Shown: in pieces, positions 60,475 to 64,000 of the stretch
Numbering within the stretch: the first letter of the stretch is position 1
How the letters are laid out: the number at the start of each line of letters is the position of its first letter
NCBI GenBank assembly: GCA_027450205.1
Contig: DAIDJL010000002.1
Coordinates: 7,870 to 71,869 of the forward strand
From: Candidatus Parcubacteria bacterium
GTDB lineage: Bacteria > Patescibacteriota > Minisyncoccia > UBA6257 > 2-01-FULL-56-20
Length of the DNA: 64,000 bases
Reading direction: 5' to 3'
Program-made: the position numbers and the translations under genes
Notes under the pieces: model-generated
The model's input: the letters and a program-made list of their open reading frames with translations, nothing else
Told to the model about the DNA's origin: nothing
The model's database searches: none

Positions 60475-60540
60475 TTTCACCTCCGGAGCGCCCATAATGG
60501 CGCTTCATGCTGCCCGGATTATATCTCCCTCTCGGGGAAA

Positions 60541-62205
<1,665 letters not shown>

Positions 62206-62249
62206 TTATAATGTGAAATTTATTCGGCAATTTGGATATTGGCCTTTGG

Positions 62250-62543
62250 TTATTCCACTATCGCGAGTATATCGTCCTCATCGCCGACCAGATATTTCTT
62301 TCCTTCAAGTTCAAGTTCATCCGGGCCGTATTTTTTAAAAAGCACCACGTCGCCTATTTTTACCGACATCGCCTGGAGCTCGCCCTTGTCGTTTTTCTTA
62401 CCCGGGCCGACCGCCACGACTTTTGCCTTCACCGGCTTCTCTTTTTCGGCCGTTTCCGGCAGAACGATGCCGCCCGCGGTTACCTTTTCTTCTTCTATCG
62501 GCTCAAGGAACAAATGGTTCGATAATGGTTTAAAATTCATCAC
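62250..62543 (-). CDS. groES: Co-chaperonin GroES
   Basis: TAGGIVLPETAEKEKP, AVGPG, DILAIV. Confidence 0.97.
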   Translation of the reverse strand: MMNFKPLSNHLFLEPIEEEKVTAGGIVLPETAEKEKPVKAKVVAVGPGKKNDKGELQAMSVKIGDVVLFKKYGPDELELEGKKYLVGDEDDILAIVE

Positions 62544-62576
62544 TTTTTTATTATTATTTACAATTTTTGAAATGAT

Positions 62577-62603
62577 TTAGCACTCGTGACTAGTGAGTGC
62601 CAA
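62577..62603. promoter_or_regulatory. CIRCE element (HrcA operator)
   Basis: TTAGCACTC-N9-GAGTGCCAA, one mismatch from consensus, upstream of groES. Confidence 0.93.
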
Positions 62604-62608
62604 TAGGA

Positions 62609-62636
62609 ATTATAAGGCAAAAAAACAGGGAGTCAA
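62609..62636 (-). promoter_or_regulatory. groESL sigma-70 promoter
   Basis: TTGACT-N16-TATAAT directly upstream of CIRCE. Confidence 0.8.
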
Positions 62637-62702
62637 GAAGCGATGGGCCCAGGTCCGCAGGCCTTAGCAAGCTAACATGTGCAGGATTAAATCTCCGTTA
62701 AA

Positions 62703-62733
62703 TGAAAACAGCCACGAAATGTGGCTGTTTTCA
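62703..62733. terminator. Terminator hairpin downstream of trxB
   Basis: tgaaaacagccac-gaaat-gtggctgttttca. Confidence 0.75.
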
Positions 62734-62820
62734 CGACAAGCGTAGATTTTGCCCGCAGTTCATGCGAACAGTGCCTTCACTAAGATAATATTCCGCGCGA
62801 AATAAATGTCAACTTTCTTT

Positions 62821-63750
62821 TTAACTTTTTTTAATCTTGTCGTAAATGTTCAGCGTCGCCTTTATCGCATCCCCCACGGAAATGTTGTTCTGATCATAGA
62901 GCACGTCGCTCACGTCGCCCGCCGCCCAGATGCCCGGGCATGAGGTCTGCTGCGTCTTGTGATCCACGACCACATGGCCGATGTCGTTCAGCTGGACAAG
63001 GTCCTTCACGAAATCGGAATTCGGCACGAGCCCGATCTCCACGAACACGCCGTCAAGCGGGAGATCTTTTGACTCCCCCGTCTTTACGTCCTTATATTTG
63101 ACGCCGGTCACGAACTGCGATCCTTCGCCACCATGGATCTCTTCAATGACCGAGTTCCATAAGATCTCCACCTGCGGATGGCTCTTTACCTTTTCCTGCG
63201 TGACCGGATCTCCGCGCAATACCTCCGAGCGGACGAAAAGATATATCTTTGAGGCGTACTGCAGCAGATCTTCAACGCCCTCAAGCGCGGAGTTGCCGCC
63301 ACCCACGACCGCCACCGTCTTGCCACCGAAGAGGGGCGCGTCGCACGTGGTGCAGAACACTACGCCCTTGCCGTCAAACTGGTCCTCGCCCGGAACGCCA
63401 AGCCGTTTGCGGCGCGAGCCGGAGGTAAGCAGGATATATTTCGTTTCCACCGTCTTTCCCTTTTTTGTCGTTACCAAAAATGTTCCGTCGTCGCGCTTTG
63501 CCACGCTTGTGACGAGGTCGTCATCCACGATGTCGATTCCCTGCTGGGCGCGAAGATGTTCCTCCAGCGATTTCGCGAGATCGTATCCGGAGATGGATTT
63601 CGTGCCGATCCAGTTTTCTATGCCGTTGGAAACCAAAGACTGCCCGCCGAAACCGTCGGTGATCAGTGCCGTTTTTATCTTTTTGCGCGCGGCGTAAACG
63701 CCGGCGGCAACGCCGCCCGGCCCCCCGCCGATGATGATAAGGTCGTACAT
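62821..63750 (-). CDS. trxB: Thioredoxin-disulfide reductase (AhpF C-terminal-like)
   Basis: GGGPGG, CTTCD, VVGGGNSA, AAGDV. Confidence 0.92.
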   Translation of the reverse strand: MYDLIIIGGGPGGVAAGVYAARKKIKTALITDGFGGQSLVSNGIENWIGTKSISGYDLAKSLEEHLRAQQGIDIVDDDLVTSVAKRDDGTFLVTTKKGKTVETKYILLTSGSRRKRLGVPGEDQFDGKGVVFCTTCDAPLFGGKTVAVVGGGNSALEGVEDLLQYASKIYLFVRSEVLRGDPVTQEKVKSHPQVEILWNSVIEEIHGGEGSQFVTGVKYKDVKTGESKDLPLDGVFVEIGLVPNSDFVKDLVQLNDIGHVVVDHKTQQTSCPGIWAAGDVSDVLYDQNNISVGDAIKATLNIYDKIKKS

Positions 63751-63786
63751 GAAATTTCGATTAAAACTTTTTTGGCGGGACGGGCG

Positions 63787-64000
63787 CTACGCCGCGGGAG
63801 CAGCCGCCTTTCCGAGCCCGAGCAACCCCTCTATCGTCCTCTGGTCAAATCCAATGATGATGTTGTTATCGATGTCGATGACGGGCACGCCCAGCTGATG
63901 CGACTTATTGACCATTTCCTCGCGCGCCTTCAGATCTGATGCGACATTATGGTCCTCGTACGCGACGTTGTTCTTTGCAAAGAACTCCTTTGCCATTTTG
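63787..64000 (-). CDS. Glutaredoxin-like protein (5' end outside the window)
   Basis: AKEF..Y..HNV..REEM..S.QLGVPVI..GFD. Confidence 0.85.
   Translation of the reverse strand, partial: KMAKEFFAKNNVAYEDHNVASDLKAREEMVNKSHQLGVPVIDIDNNIIIGFDQRTIEGLLGLGKAAAPAA

Overview
Chromosomal fragment that looks like a Patescibacteria (CPR, Parcubacteria-like) genome using standard code 11 (inference from the short IF2, archaeal-like PyrH, CPR-style pilins, DUF11 surface protein, and core genes lacking Shine-Dalgarno motifs). It holds housekeeping genes (alaS, rpoD, dnaG, dprA, topA, rel, parAB, infB, rbfA, secE, nusG, rpsR, gyrB, pyrH, groESL, trxB), a type IV pilus cluster, eight tRNA genes and several accessory islets. 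No integrase, transposase, CRISPR array or rRNA gene was seen. The main unexplained structure is a ~165 bp non-coding element found after two different tRNA genes, Leu(CAA) and Ser(GCT). Each copy reads: terminator, antisense copy of that tRNA's T-arm, two hairpins with tandem GA/GA internal loops, sense copy of the tRNA 3' end, then cargo genes. At tRNA-Ser the 3'-end repeat recurs, separating a folate-type module from a decayed DHFR paralogue, like a cassette array. Other leads are a tandem aptamer-like repeat inside an orphan exported-protein operon, two promoter-hairpin-terminator sRNA candidates, a P3A proton ATPase, a DUF302-glutaredoxin fusion and a catalytically dead trypsin-like protein. 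All calls are from manual reading; no searches or folding programs were run.
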